Assembly (NCBI GenBank): GCA_947626595.1
Contig: CANQST010000002.1
Coordinates: forward strand, 9,885 to 73,884
Origin: an uncultured Bacilli bacterium
GTDB taxonomy: Bacteria; Bacillota_I; Bacilli_A; RF39; UBA660
Direction of reading: 5' to 3'
Length of the DNA stretch: 64,000 nt
This document shows positions 38,578 through 47,673 of this stretch, piece by piece. Position numbers and translations under genes: made by a program. Each line of letters begins with the position of its first letter. Within the stretch, counting starts at the first letter, position 1. The notes under the pieces were generated by a model. It was not told the origin of the DNA. It saw nothing but the letters and a program-made list of their open reading frames with translations, and ran no database searches.

Positions 38578-40479
38578 ATGGCTTTAAAATATGATGAGTC
38601 AACAATTAAAATATTAGAGGGCTTAGAGGCTGTTCGTAAAAGACCTGGTATGTATATTGGTTCTACTGATAAAAGAGGCTTACATCATTTAGTATGGGAA
38701 ATTGTCGATAATTCTATTGATGAAGCTATTAATGGTTTTGGAGATTATATTAAAATAATTCTTCATAAAGATAAATCAGTTAGTGTTGAAGACCATGGAA
38801 GAGGTTTACCTACAGGTATGCATGCCTCTGGAAGAACAACACCGGAAGTTATTTTTACGGTTTTACATGCTGGTGGTAAGTTTGAACAAGATGGTTATAA
38901 AGTTTCTGGTGGTTTGCATGGTGTTGGTTCAAGTGTTGTTAATGCTTTATCTAAGTGGTTAGAAGTAACTATTAAACATGATAGGGAAGAATATTATATT
39001 CGTTTTGAAAATGGTGGAGAAGTTAGTGTACCTTTAAAGAAAGTTGGAACGACTAATAAAACAGGTACAACAGTACGTTTTCTACCAGACGAAGAAATAT
39101 TTTCAACAACTAATTTTTCTTATACGACAATATGTGAGAGAATGCAAGAGTCAGCTTTTTTACTTAAAGGTATTACTATTGAAGTAATAGATGAAGAGGA
39201 TGAAAGACAAGCTAAATTCCATTATGAAAGGGGAATTGAAGAGTTTGTTGAAGAATTAAATAAAGGTAAAAATACTCTTCATAAGGTTTTACCTATTACT
39301 GGCTCTAAAGATAAAATAGAAGTAGAAATTGCTTTACAATATACTGATACTTATAATGAAAATATTGTTAGTTTTGTTAATAATGTAAAGACTATTGATG
39401 GTGGTTCACATGAGGTTGGTTTTAAAACAGCTTTAACGAGAGTTTTTAATGATTATGCTAAAAGCAATGGCTTTGTTAAAGAAAAAGATAAAGCTTTAGA
39501 AGGCAGTGATGTTCGTGAAGGTTTAACGGCAGTTATTAGTTTGAAAATACCAGAGAACATTTTACAGTTTGAAGGACAAACAAAGGGTAAACTCGGAACA
39601 CCAGCTGCTAAGAATGTTGTTGAAGCTATTACAACAGAGCAATTAAGGGTTTACTTAGAAGAAAATAAAACTATCGCAACAGAGATAATTAATAAAAGTT
39701 TACGCAGCAAAGTTGCGAGAGAAGCAGCTAGGAAGGCTCGTGAAGAGGCTCGTAAAGGAACGAAAAAGAATGCTAAAGAAAGGTCTCTTTCTGGTAAGTT
39801 AGCACCAGCTCAAACAAAAGATAAAACAAGAAATGAATTGTTCTTAGTTGAGGGAGATTCTGCAGGTGGTTCTGCTAAACAGGGAAGAGATAGAAAATAT
39901 CAAGCTATCTTGCCATTACGTGGTAAAGTTTTAAATACTGAAAAAACAAAAGAAGAAGATATTTTAAAAAATGAAGAGATTAATACAATGATTTATACTA
40001 TAGGAGCAGGATATGGTTCTAATTTTGATATCAAAGACTGCGAGTATAATAAGGTAATTATCATGAGCGATGCTGATGAAGATGGTGGTCATATTCAATG
40101 CTTATTACTTACTTTCTTTTATCGTTACATGAGACCTTTAATCGAAGATGGAAGACTTTTTGTAGCGTTACCACCACTTTTTAAAATTCAATGTGGTAAG
40201 GAAATAGAGTATGCTTATACTATTGAAGAAATGCAAGAAAAATCAAAAGGTAGAAAATGCGAAATTCAAAGATATAAAGGTCTTGGTGAAATGAATGCTG
40301 ATCAGTTATGTGAGACAACTATGAAACCAGGCAGTAGAACTTTAATTAGAGTTAATATTGAAGATGCTCAATTAGCAGAAAAAAGGGTGTCTATTCTTAT
40401 GGGAGATGATGTTCCACCTCGTAAGGAATGGATAGAAGAAAATGTTGAATTTTCTTTAGAAGATAGTTATGAAATATAG
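38578..40479 (+). CDS. parE: DNA topoisomerase IV subunit B
   Basis: GHKL ATPase and Toprim domains. N-terminus ...ILEGLEAVRKRPGMYIGSTD. Called parE rather than gyrB because the downstream partner has the ParC-type signature. RBS AGGAGTGA precedes ATG 38578. Confidence 0.75.
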   Translation: MALKYDESTIKILEGLEAVRKRPGMYIGSTDKRGLHHLVWEIVDNSIDEAINGFGDYIKIILHKDKSVSVEDHGRGLPTGMHASGRTTPEVIFTVLHAGGKFEQDGYKVSGGLHGVGSSVVNALSKWLEVTIKHDREEYYIRFENGGEVSVPLKKVGTTNKTGTTVRFLPDEEIFSTTNFSYTTICERMQESAFLLKGITIEVIDEEDERQAKFHYERGIEEFVEELNKGKNTLHKVLPITGSKDKIEVEIALQYTDTYNENIVSFVNNVKTIDGGSHEVGFKTALTRVFNDYAKSNGFVKEKDKALEGSDVREGLTAVISLKIPENILQFEGQTKGKLGTPAAKNVVEAITTEQLRVYLEENKTIATEIINKSLRSKVAREAARKAREEARKGTKKNAKERSLSGKLAPAQTKDKTRNELFLVEGDSAGGSAKQGRDRKYQAILPLRGKVLNTEKTKEEDILKNEEINTMIYTIGAGYGSNFDIKDCEYNKVIIMSDADEDGGHIQCLLLTFFYRYMRPLIEDGRLFVALPPLFKIQCGKEIEYAYTIEEMQEKSKGRKCEIQRYKGLGEMNADQLCETTMKPGSRTLIRVNIEDAQLAEKRVSILMGDDVPPRKEWIEENVEFSLEDSYEI

Positions 40480-40491
40480 GAGGCTGTAGTT

Positions 40492-43050
40492 ATGCCAAGA
40501 AAGAAGACAGAAACACAAGAAGTAATTGAGAAAATATTTGATTATACTCTAGAAGATATCATGGGTGAGCGTTTTGGAAGTTATTCTAAGTATATTATTC
40601 AAGATAGAGCTATTCCAGATGCTAGAGATGGTTTAAAACCGGTTCAAAGAAGAATACTTTATTCTATGCATAAGGAAAAAAATACGTATGATAAACCTTA
40701 TAGGAAGAGTGCTAAAACAGTAGGAGATGTCATAGGTAATTACCATCCTCATGGAGATACTTCTATATATGATGCGATGGTTAGAATGAGCCAACCATGG
40801 AAAACGAGACTTCCTTATATTGATATGCACGGAAATAATGGTTCTATTGATGGTGATAGTCCAGCGGCTTATCGTTATACTGAGGCAAGACTTTCAAAGA
40901 TTTCTAATGAAATGCTTAGGGATATTGATAAAGATACGGTTCTTTTTGCGCCTAACTTTGATGACTCCACGGTTGAGCCAACTGTTTTACCGGCAAGATT
41001 TCCAGCTCTTTTAGTTTATGGTGCTCAAGGAATTTCGGCTGGGTATGCAACTAATATTCCTCCTCATAATTTATCTGAAGTAATAGATGCGACTATTTAT
41101 CGTATTGATAATCCTAATTGTGAGTTAGATACTTTAATGAAATATGTTAAGGGACCAGACTTTCCAACAGGAGGAATTGTTGAAGGTATTAGTGGTATAA
41201 AAGAAGCTTATGAAACAGGTAAAGGTCGTATTATTATTAAAAGTAAATATACGATAGAAGAAAGTAAAAATAATAAATCAATTGTTATTACAGAAATACC
41301 TTTTGAAGTAAATAAAGCTTTAATGGTTAAAAAAATAGATGATATAAGAATAGATAAAAAAATAGATGGTATTATTGAAGTAAGAGATGAGTCAGCTAGC
41401 GATATAAGAGTAGTAATAGATATTAAGAAAAGCGCTAATAGTGATTTAATAATTAATTATTTACTTAAAAATACGGATATGCAGATTAGTTATAACTTTA
41501 ATGTTGTATCTATCGTTAATAGAAGACCAAAGCTATTAGGATTAAAAGCTGCTATAGATGCCTTTATTGCTCATCAAAAAGAAGTTGTTAGAAAAAGAAC
41601 TGAGTTTGATTTAAAACATGCTAAAGCAAGATATCATATTGTTGAAGGTCTAATTAAATGTATTTCTATATTAGACGAAGTAATTAAAGTAATAAGAGCT
41701 TCTAAAAATAAGACTGATGCGAAAGAAAATTTAGTAAAAGAGTTTGCTTTTTCAGAAGAACAGGCGGAAGCTATTGTTACTTTACAATTATATCGTTTAA
41801 CTAATACTGATGTTGTAGCTTTAGAAAATGAATTAGCTGCTTTAGAAAAAATTATTAATGGATTAAGTGCTATTCTAGGTAGTGAAGATGTTTTGAAAAG
41901 TGTTATGAAAAAAGATTTAAGAGATGTAAAGAAAGAGTATGATACGCCTCGTCTTACAGAAATAAAAGAAGAAATTACGGAAATAAAAATAGAAGCTAAA
42001 GAATTAATTCCTAAAGAGGATGTTGTTGTTATGTTTACTAAAGATGGTTATGTAAAAAGAACATCTCTTAGAAGTTATAGTGCTACTAAGGATGAGGATG
42101 TTGTTATTAAAGAGAATGACTACATTTTAGGTATGTATGAAATGAGTACTCTTGATACTTTATTAATCTTTACATCAGGTGGTAATTATTTACATATTCC
42201 AGTTCATATAATACCTGATTTGAAATGGAAAGATATGCCTAAACATGTAAGTAATATTATAGAACTTCCTAAGGAAGAAGAGATTGTTGCGGCTATACCG
42301 GCATATGATTTTTCTTCTGATAAAAATGTTATTATAACTACTAAGAATAGTATAATTAAGCGTTCTAAGTTAAAGGATTTTAAATTACAAAGATATAATA
42401 AAGCTACTTCTTGTATGAAATTAAAAGAAGATGATCAAGTAATAGATGTATTCTTAGAGGAAAAGCCTTATCTTTTCTTAACTACTAATACTGGTTATGG
42501 ATTAAGTTTTAATGTTAAAGAGGTACCACTTATTGGAGTTAAGGCTGCTGGTGTTAAGGGAATGAAATTAAAGGACGATTATGTTGTTAGTGTAAATAAT
42601 TTCTCTTATAATGATGATGAGTTTATTTCTATTGTTACTAATAAAGGTACTGGTAAAAGAGTAAGGTTAAATGAGTTTGAAGTATCTTCTAGAACAAGGA
42701 GAGGTTTACTAGTAATTAGAGAGGTTAAGACTAATCCTTATAGAGTAGTTAAGACTTTTGTTACGGATAGTAGAAACCACATTGGTATTAAGAATGGAGA
42801 TATTAGTTACTTGAAGTTGACAGAGTTAGGTATAGCTGATAGATATTCTACAGGAAATCAAATATCTAAGCATAAGATAGATACGGCTTTTGTTGAAGCT
42901 ACTTTAACTAAGAGGAATGTAAGTAGTGAAGAAAGTAGGGAAGAAGGGCAAGAAGTTGTAGAAGAAGATAAGGTTATTCCTAAAAAAGATAAGATATCTT
43001 TAAAAGAGATAGACGATAGATTAATGACAATAGACGATTTTTTAAAGTAA
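40492..43050 (+). CDS. parC: DNA topoisomerase IV subunit A
   Basis: EDIMGERFGSYSKYIIQDRAIPDARDGLKPVQRRILYSM closely matches streptococcal ParC (VQRRILY), not GyrA (VHRRVLY). HPHGD is present and there is no GyrA box. Confidence 0.75.
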   Translation: MPRKKTETQEVIEKIFDYTLEDIMGERFGSYSKYIIQDRAIPDARDGLKPVQRRILYSMHKEKNTYDKPYRKSAKTVGDVIGNYHPHGDTSIYDAMVRMSQPWKTRLPYIDMHGNNGSIDGDSPAAYRYTEARLSKISNEMLRDIDKDTVLFAPNFDDSTVEPTVLPARFPALLVYGAQGISAGYATNIPPHNLSEVIDATIYRIDNPNCELDTLMKYVKGPDFPTGGIVEGISGIKEAYETGKGRIIIKSKYTIEESKNNKSIVITEIPFEVNKALMVKKIDDIRIDKKIDGIIEVRDESASDIRVVIDIKKSANSDLIINYLLKNTDMQISYNFNVVSIVNRRPKLLGLKAAIDAFIAHQKEVVRKRTEFDLKHAKARYHIVEGLIKCISILDEVIKVIRASKNKTDAKENLVKEFAFSEEQAEAIVTLQLYRLTNTDVVALENELAALEKIINGLSAILGSEDVLKSVMKKDLRDVKKEYDTPRLTEIKEEITEIKIEAKELIPKEDVVVMFTKDGYVKRTSLRSYSATKDEDVVIKENDYILGMYEMSTLDTLLIFTSGGNYLHIPVHIIPDLKWKDMPKHVSNIIELPKEEEIVAAIPAYDFSSDKNVIITTKNSIIKRSKLKDFKLQRYNKATSCMKLKEDDQVIDVFLEEKPYLFLTTNTGYGLSFNVKEVPLIGVKAAGVKGMKLKDDYVVSVNNFSYNDDEFISIVTNKGTGKRVRLNEFEVSSRTRRGLLVIREVKTNPYRVVKTFVTDSRNHIGIKNGDISYLKLTELGIADRYSTGNQISKHKIDTAFVEATLTKRNVSSEESREEGQEVVEEDKVIPKKDKISLKEIDDRLMTIDDFLK

Positions 43051-43091
43051 GTGTAAATTGACAGGTTGTTTAGATTGTTGATATGAAAGAG

Positions 43092-43130
43092 AAAAAGAAA
43101 TGTTGATAAAAAAATATTTCTTTTCTTTTT
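43092..43130 (+). terminator. intrinsic terminator after parC
   Basis: AAAGAAAT-N14-ATTTCTTT hairpin followed by a T-run. Confidence 0.55.
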
Positions 43131-43150
43131 GCAATTTTCTTGACACCGTA

Positions 43151-43161
43151 GGGGGGGGGGG
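43151..43161. repeat. G11 homopolymeric tract in the promoter region of the paralog at 43274
   Basis: TTGACACCGTAGGGGGGGGGGGTAGTAAGATATTATTATAAAT. Eleven consecutive G in a ~28% GC genome. Confidence 0.9.
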
Positions 43162-43273
43162 TAGTAAGATATTATTATAAATAATTTTATTGTGGAAAAG
43201 TACTAGCCTGTTGCTGGTTTTATTTACAATTTCGGTAGCAACAAAATGGTACTGATTTAGGAATGGTGAGATA

Positions 43274-45238
43274 ATGGACGGTCGAAAACAAAAATTAATA
43301 ATTATAGGTGCTTTATGTTTAGTCGTAGTTTGTTTATCAATTGGATATGCAACTTTATCTTCAATGTTAAAGATAGATGGAACAGCTAATGTAGGAGGAG
43401 AGAAATGGAGTGTTGAGTTTGTAGAAAAACAAGTTAAAACTATTCCAAAAGGTAAAGCAACTTGTGAAATAGGAGATATCACTGGTACAGGTATTACTAA
43501 TATGTCTGCAGTATTTCAATTACCAGGTGACTCTTGTACATTTACAATACCAGTAGAAAATACAGGAACATTAGATGCTAGTCTAGTTGATGTAGAAGGA
43601 AAAGCTACACCTTTAAATTTAGTTGGAAGTCAAGAAGATATATCTAAATTAAATAATCAAATAACATATGATGTATCATATGGAGATACTAAAATAGATA
43701 ACCTAACTAGTTTCGATAATATTGACACTCTAGAACCAGGGGAAAGAGAAACAATAACATTAAAAGTAGAATTTAAATTAGAAGCAACTCAGATACCAAG
43801 TGAAGCAGTAACAATAACAGGATTAGATAGAACATTTAACTTCCAAAATAAAGTTGGTTCAAGTAGTGTTAGTCCAACACCTGATACAACTCCAGTGTTC
43901 AATGATACAAGTGGAGCGAATGCTCCAGTATTAAGTGGAGATATGATACCTGTTGTGTATGACGAAACAAAAAAGCAATGGGTAAAACAAGACTTAAATA
44001 AAAGTTATGATTATTCTCAACAAGTATGGGCAAATGCAGTAACTGTAGTTGAAGATGGAATTCAAACAAGAAGTTATTATAAAAAGGCTAAGGCGGGAAC
44101 AGTAATATCAATGAGTGATATAAACACAATGTGGGTATGGATACCAAGGTATAGTTATACTATCCAAGGTACATATGGAAAAGATGGAACAGGTGCTGCT
44201 ACTCCTGGAGAAATAGAAGTTAAGTTTGTTGGAGCAGGTACAACTGATACAGGAAGTGCAACATATACTGAAGGAGAAGCAACAGGATGGAGAACTAGTG
44301 GAGCTTTCAATTTTGGAGGAGAAGATAAAGCTGGTATATGGGTTTCAAAGTTTGAACCAACTGGTTCAGCTCCAGTTTGTACTACTGCAGATTGTGATAT
44401 AAGTAAAGTAACAGTAAAACCAGGTATTGCCTCAATTAGAAGTAAAACGGTAAGTGACTTCTTCTATATGGCAAGAAGTATGCAAAAAGTAAACAATCCA
44501 TATGGGTTCAATTCAATAAGTGCAGACTTGAATATGTTGAAGAATGATGAATGGGGAGCAGTGGCTTATCTATCACAAAGTAAATATGGAAAGTATGGAA
44601 ATAGTAATTATAGTGGGGCAAATAAAGAAGTTTACATGAATAATAATAGTAGTTATATAACTGGAACTAGTAGTGGCTTACCAAGTGCCAGTAGTTCTGC
44701 AGCTGTTGCCTATGCATATGATAATATGAAAGACTTAGGTGATGGAAAAGGATTAGCTGGACCAGGTGCTTCAACAACAGGAACGATATATGGAGCATAT
44801 GACATGAATGGTGGAGCGTGGGAATATGTAATGGGTGTGCTTGAGTATGATAGTCAAACAGAAAGTGCATACCCAGGAAGATTAACTACGTTTTCTTCTG
44901 GATTTAAAGGATTAAGCAATACTGGTGTAGAAATAGGAACAATTGATTTACCTGATTATAAGTATTATAATACTTATAAAAGTGCTAATCCGACATCAAG
45001 TACATGGTCTTCAGCATTAGCAGAAAAGGCATGTGATGGTGAAATATGTTATGGGCATGCTTTATCAGAAACAGCTGGTTGGTACGGGGATTACGCGAAC
45101 TTTGTGCCACGTTCTTCTCCTTGGGTTCTTCGCGGTGGCTACTATACTGATGGCTTGGGTGCTGGAGTGTTCGACGTAGGTAGTGCCTATGGCGGATCAC
45201 ACAACTATGTATCTTGCCGTCTCACTTTAGTCCCATAA
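43274..45238 (+). CDS. surface paralog-family protein (N-type II, C-type B)
   Basis: The N-terminal ~290 aa are ~90% identical to the 50056 paralog. The C-domain is of type B and ends ...CRLTLVP. The last ~170 bp are markedly GC-rich. Confidence 0.8.
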   Translation: MDGRKQKLIIIGALCLVVVCLSIGYATLSSMLKIDGTANVGGEKWSVEFVEKQVKTIPKGKATCEIGDITGTGITNMSAVFQLPGDSCTFTIPVENTGTLDASLVDVEGKATPLNLVGSQEDISKLNNQITYDVSYGDTKIDNLTSFDNIDTLEPGERETITLKVEFKLEATQIPSEAVTITGLDRTFNFQNKVGSSSVSPTPDTTPVFNDTSGANAPVLSGDMIPVVYDETKKQWVKQDLNKSYDYSQQVWANAVTVVEDGIQTRSYYKKAKAGTVISMSDINTMWVWIPRYSYTIQGTYGKDGTGAATPGEIEVKFVGAGTTDTGSATYTEGEATGWRTSGAFNFGGEDKAGIWVSKFEPTGSAPVCTTADCDISKVTVKPGIASIRSKTVSDFFYMARSMQKVNNPYGFNSISADLNMLKNDEWGAVAYLSQSKYGKYGNSNYSGANKEVYMNNNSSYITGTSSGLPSASSSAAVAYAYDNMKDLGDGKGLAGPGASTTGTIYGAYDMNGGAWEYVMGVLEYDSQTESAYPGRLTTFSSGFKGLSNTGVEIGTIDLPDYKYYNTYKSANPTSSTWSSALAEKACDGEICYGHALSETAGWYGDYANFVPRSSPWVLRGGYYTDGLGAGVFDVGSAYGGSHNYVSCRLTLVP

Positions 45239-45242
45239 CAAA

Positions 45243-45280
45243 AAAATAACTTTAGTTTTAATTCACTAGAGTTATTTTTC
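45243..45280. terminator. bidirectional terminator
   Basis: AAAATAACT-N18-AGTTATTTT hairpin followed by T-runs. Confidence 0.5.
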
Positions 45281-46183
45281 TTTTTCTAATAAACTTATAA
45301 TAGGTTTTAATGTTTTTTCTTTACCTTTTTCTTTTAATATAAAATTGTAAGTATTATCTATATCTTCACTAGTTATTTTAGTTTTATTATTTTCAAAACG
45401 ATTACTTAGATTTAATAATTCTTTATCTAATATTTTATCATTAATAATATTTTTTAATAAATACTTAGTAAAGTTAACAGCAAATTCATTGGCATACATT
45501 TCACTATAGAAATTATTATGATTTTCATTATAAAAATACTCATTAAAATATGAAACAACTATTTCTCTAAAAAGATTATTTTTTTCATTTTTATCTTTTT
45601 CTATGTAACGATAAATAGCGGTATGAGCGAATTCATGGCATAAAGAGAAAACTTCTTTAATAGCTAAAGTATAAAATAATTCTTTAGAAATTTTTTTACT
45701 AGAAGCATTAGTTATAATATCTCTTGGTACTTCTAAATACATTTTTTGATGGAAATAGTACACTTTATATATAAAGCTTTTCTTTTGTATTTCTATACTT
45801 TCAAAGGGTTTATTAAAACAATTCATTAGATAAATATATGATGCTTGAAATAATATATTTAAATCATCATAAGTAAATGTTTCTTTCTTTAGAAAATAAT
45901 TATTAAAATAAGTATTAAAGGCATCTATATCAATATATAATTCATTTATAAATCTTAATCTATTAATTAAAGTAAAACTTTCTATTTCATTTTTACTTAG
46001 ATTATTATTTTTAGCTTTTATATCTAAGTAGTCCATTAAATTTTCGAAGTTTTGTAATGTTTTCTTTTCTGTTAAAAATCTTCTAGTTTTATTAATTTTT
46101 AATATATTAGAAATTTTTTTAAGTATTTTTTCTTTATCTTTTATAGGTAAATTACAAAATTTATTAAAGTCTTTTATGTACAT
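45272..46183 (-). CDS. hypothetical protein with HExxH motif (putative metallopeptidase-like)
   Basis: 303 aa. LCHEFAHTAIY is a zincin HExxH motif. Confidence 0.45.
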   Translation of the reverse strand: MYIKDFNKFCNLPIKDKEKILKKISNILKINKTRRFLTEKKTLQNFENLMDYLDIKAKNNNLSKNEIESFTLINRLRFINELYIDIDAFNTYFNNYFLKKETFTYDDLNILFQASYIYLMNCFNKPFESIEIQKKSFIYKVYYFHQKMYLEVPRDIITNASSKKISKELFYTLAIKEVFSLCHEFAHTAIYRYIEKDKNEKNNLFREIVVSYFNEYFYNENHNNFYSEMYANEFAVNFTKYLLKNIINDKILDKELLNLSNRFENNKTKITSEDIDNTYNFILKEKGKEKTLKPIISLLEKEK

Positions 46184-46262
46184 AGTCCTTTCCCCCTTTA
46201 AAATTTCTACATATTATAACATATTTTTCTACTTAATTCAATAAAATTTAATGGTGATATAG

Positions 46263-46574
46263 ATGTCTAAAGAAACATTTAAGTTATTTGCAAGGAAGCA
46301 TCCAGAGTTAGCTAGTAGAGTTACGAGAAATGAAGTTAGTTGGCAGAAATTATATGAAATATATGATATATATGGAGAAGATAGTTCGGTATGGGATAGT
46401 TATTTTGCAAATGATAATTTATTTTCTTTTATTAAAAATATTGATGTTAAATCAGTTCAAAAGGGTATTTCTAATATAGAAAGAGTTATTAATTTACTTC
46501 AAGAGTTAGGCTTTTCTAATAAGAAAGAAGATTATTATGAACCAAGACCAATATATAAAAGATTTGAGGATTAA
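46263..46574 (+). CDS. hypothetical protein
   Basis: 103-aa ORF. Confidence 0.45.
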   Translation: MSKETFKLFARKHPELASRVTRNEVSWQKLYEIYDIYGEDSSVWDSYFANDNLFSFIKNIDVKSVQKGISNIERVINLLQELGFSNKKEDYYEPRPIYKRFED

Positions 46575-46576
46575 TT

Positions 46577-46792
46577 ATGGAGTTATATACAATTAATTAT
46601 ATAAAGAGTAATCCTTACATATATAATTATTTAAGAGAAAATTCTTTTCATTATAAGGAATTAAATAGAGATGGTAGTTATATTAGTAAGATAGAAGAGC
46701 TTGCGAAGGAAAAGTATAAGTTGAGATTTACTGATAAGTTAGATAGAGTTAGTAGTTATATTAATTTGATATTTTCATTAATAGATAAGTGA
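46577..46792 (+). CDS. hypothetical protein
   Basis: 71-aa ORF beginning 3 nt after the previous stop. Confidence 0.4.
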   Translation: MELYTINYIKSNPYIYNYLRENSFHYKELNRDGSYISKIEELAKEKYKLRFTDKLDRVSSYINLIFSLIDK

Positions 46793-46836
46793 TAAAAACT
46801 AATGACTTTTCTAAAGAAAATTGATACAATAAATAC

Positions 46837-47115
46837 ATGGAAGAGTTATATGAAAAGATTGACAATTTAATAGAAGTTTTGGAAGAAGAAAATATTGTTA
46901 AGGAGATAAAGGCTCTTAATAGTAAAGTATTAAAAGATAAAGAGTTACTTGCTTTAATAGATAATTATAAGATTTATAAAAATAATTTAAAAGAAATAGA
47001 GGAAAATAAGTTATTTCAAGAATATAAAGAGAAAGAGACTGATTTAAATATTTTGATATTACAAATAAATAATAAATTAAAAGAAATAACTAAAAAGGAT
47101 AAGTGTCATTTATGA
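46837..47115 (+). CDS. hypothetical coiled-coil protein (possibly YlbF/YmcA-like, given synteny with rsmD)
   Basis: 92-aa helical Lys/Glu-rich ORF immediately upstream of rsmD. Confidence 0.35.
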   Translation: MEELYEKIDNLIEVLEEENIVKEIKALNSKVLKDKELLALIDNYKIYKNNLKEIEENKLFQEYKEKETDLNILILQINNKLKEITKKDKCHL

Positions 47116-47642
47116 AAGTAATTAGTGGTATATATAAAGGGAGAAATTTAGAAGGATTTGATATTATAGGGACTAGGCCTACTATGGATAGGGTAAAGGA
47201 GAGTTTATTTGCTACTATTCAAGATTATATTAGAGATAGTGTAGTATTAGATTTGTTTGCTGGTAGTGGTAATTTAGGGATAGAAGCTTTAAGTAATGGA
47301 GCTAGTTATGTATACTTTGTAGATAATAATAAGAAAGCAATTAATACTATAAAAATTAATTTAAGTAATTTAAATATTGATAAAGCTTTAGTAATTAAAA
47401 GTGATTTTAGAGAGGTACTTAGGAAGAAAGAAAAGTTTGATATTATATTTTTAGATCCTCCTTATAAGAGTGATTATATAGAAGAAAGTATTAATTTAAT
47501 AGAAGAAAATGATTTAGTAAATAAAAATGGTATTGTTGTATGTGAAAGTAGTGATATAGATAAAATTAATAGTAATAAGTATAAAATTATTAAAGAAAAA
47601 AAATATGGTGATAAATGGGTAGTTATTCTTAAAAATATATGA
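47112..47642 (+). CDS. rsmD: 16S rRNA (guanine966-N2)-methyltransferase
   Basis: LDLFAGSGNLGIEALS and FLDPPY are class I MTase motifs typical of RsmD. About 177 aa. Confidence 0.75.
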   Translation: MKVISGIYKGRNLEGFDIIGTRPTMDRVKESLFATIQDYIRDSVVLDLFAGSGNLGIEALSNGASYVYFVDNNKKAINTIKINLSNLNIDKALVIKSDFREVLRKKEKFDIIFLDPPYKSDYIEESINLIEENDLVNKNGIVVCESSDIDKINSNKYKIIKEKKYGDKWVVILKNI

Positions 47643-47673
47643 TACAATTTATATAGAATTGGTGGTTAGAAAT

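Noticed and set aside
38491-43050. gyrB-gyrA assignment for the topoisomerase pair
   Set aside because: Subunit A has VQRRILYSM and the ERFGxYSKYIIQDRA N-terminus characteristic of ParC. It lacks the GyrA VHRRVLY motif and GyrA box, so it was called parE-parC.
43042-43482. 146-aa minus-strand ORF (and 50013-50264 minus strand, 83 aa) overlapping the paralog N-termini
   Set aside because: Antisense to conserved paralog sequence. The two are similar to each other only because the sense genes are paralogous.
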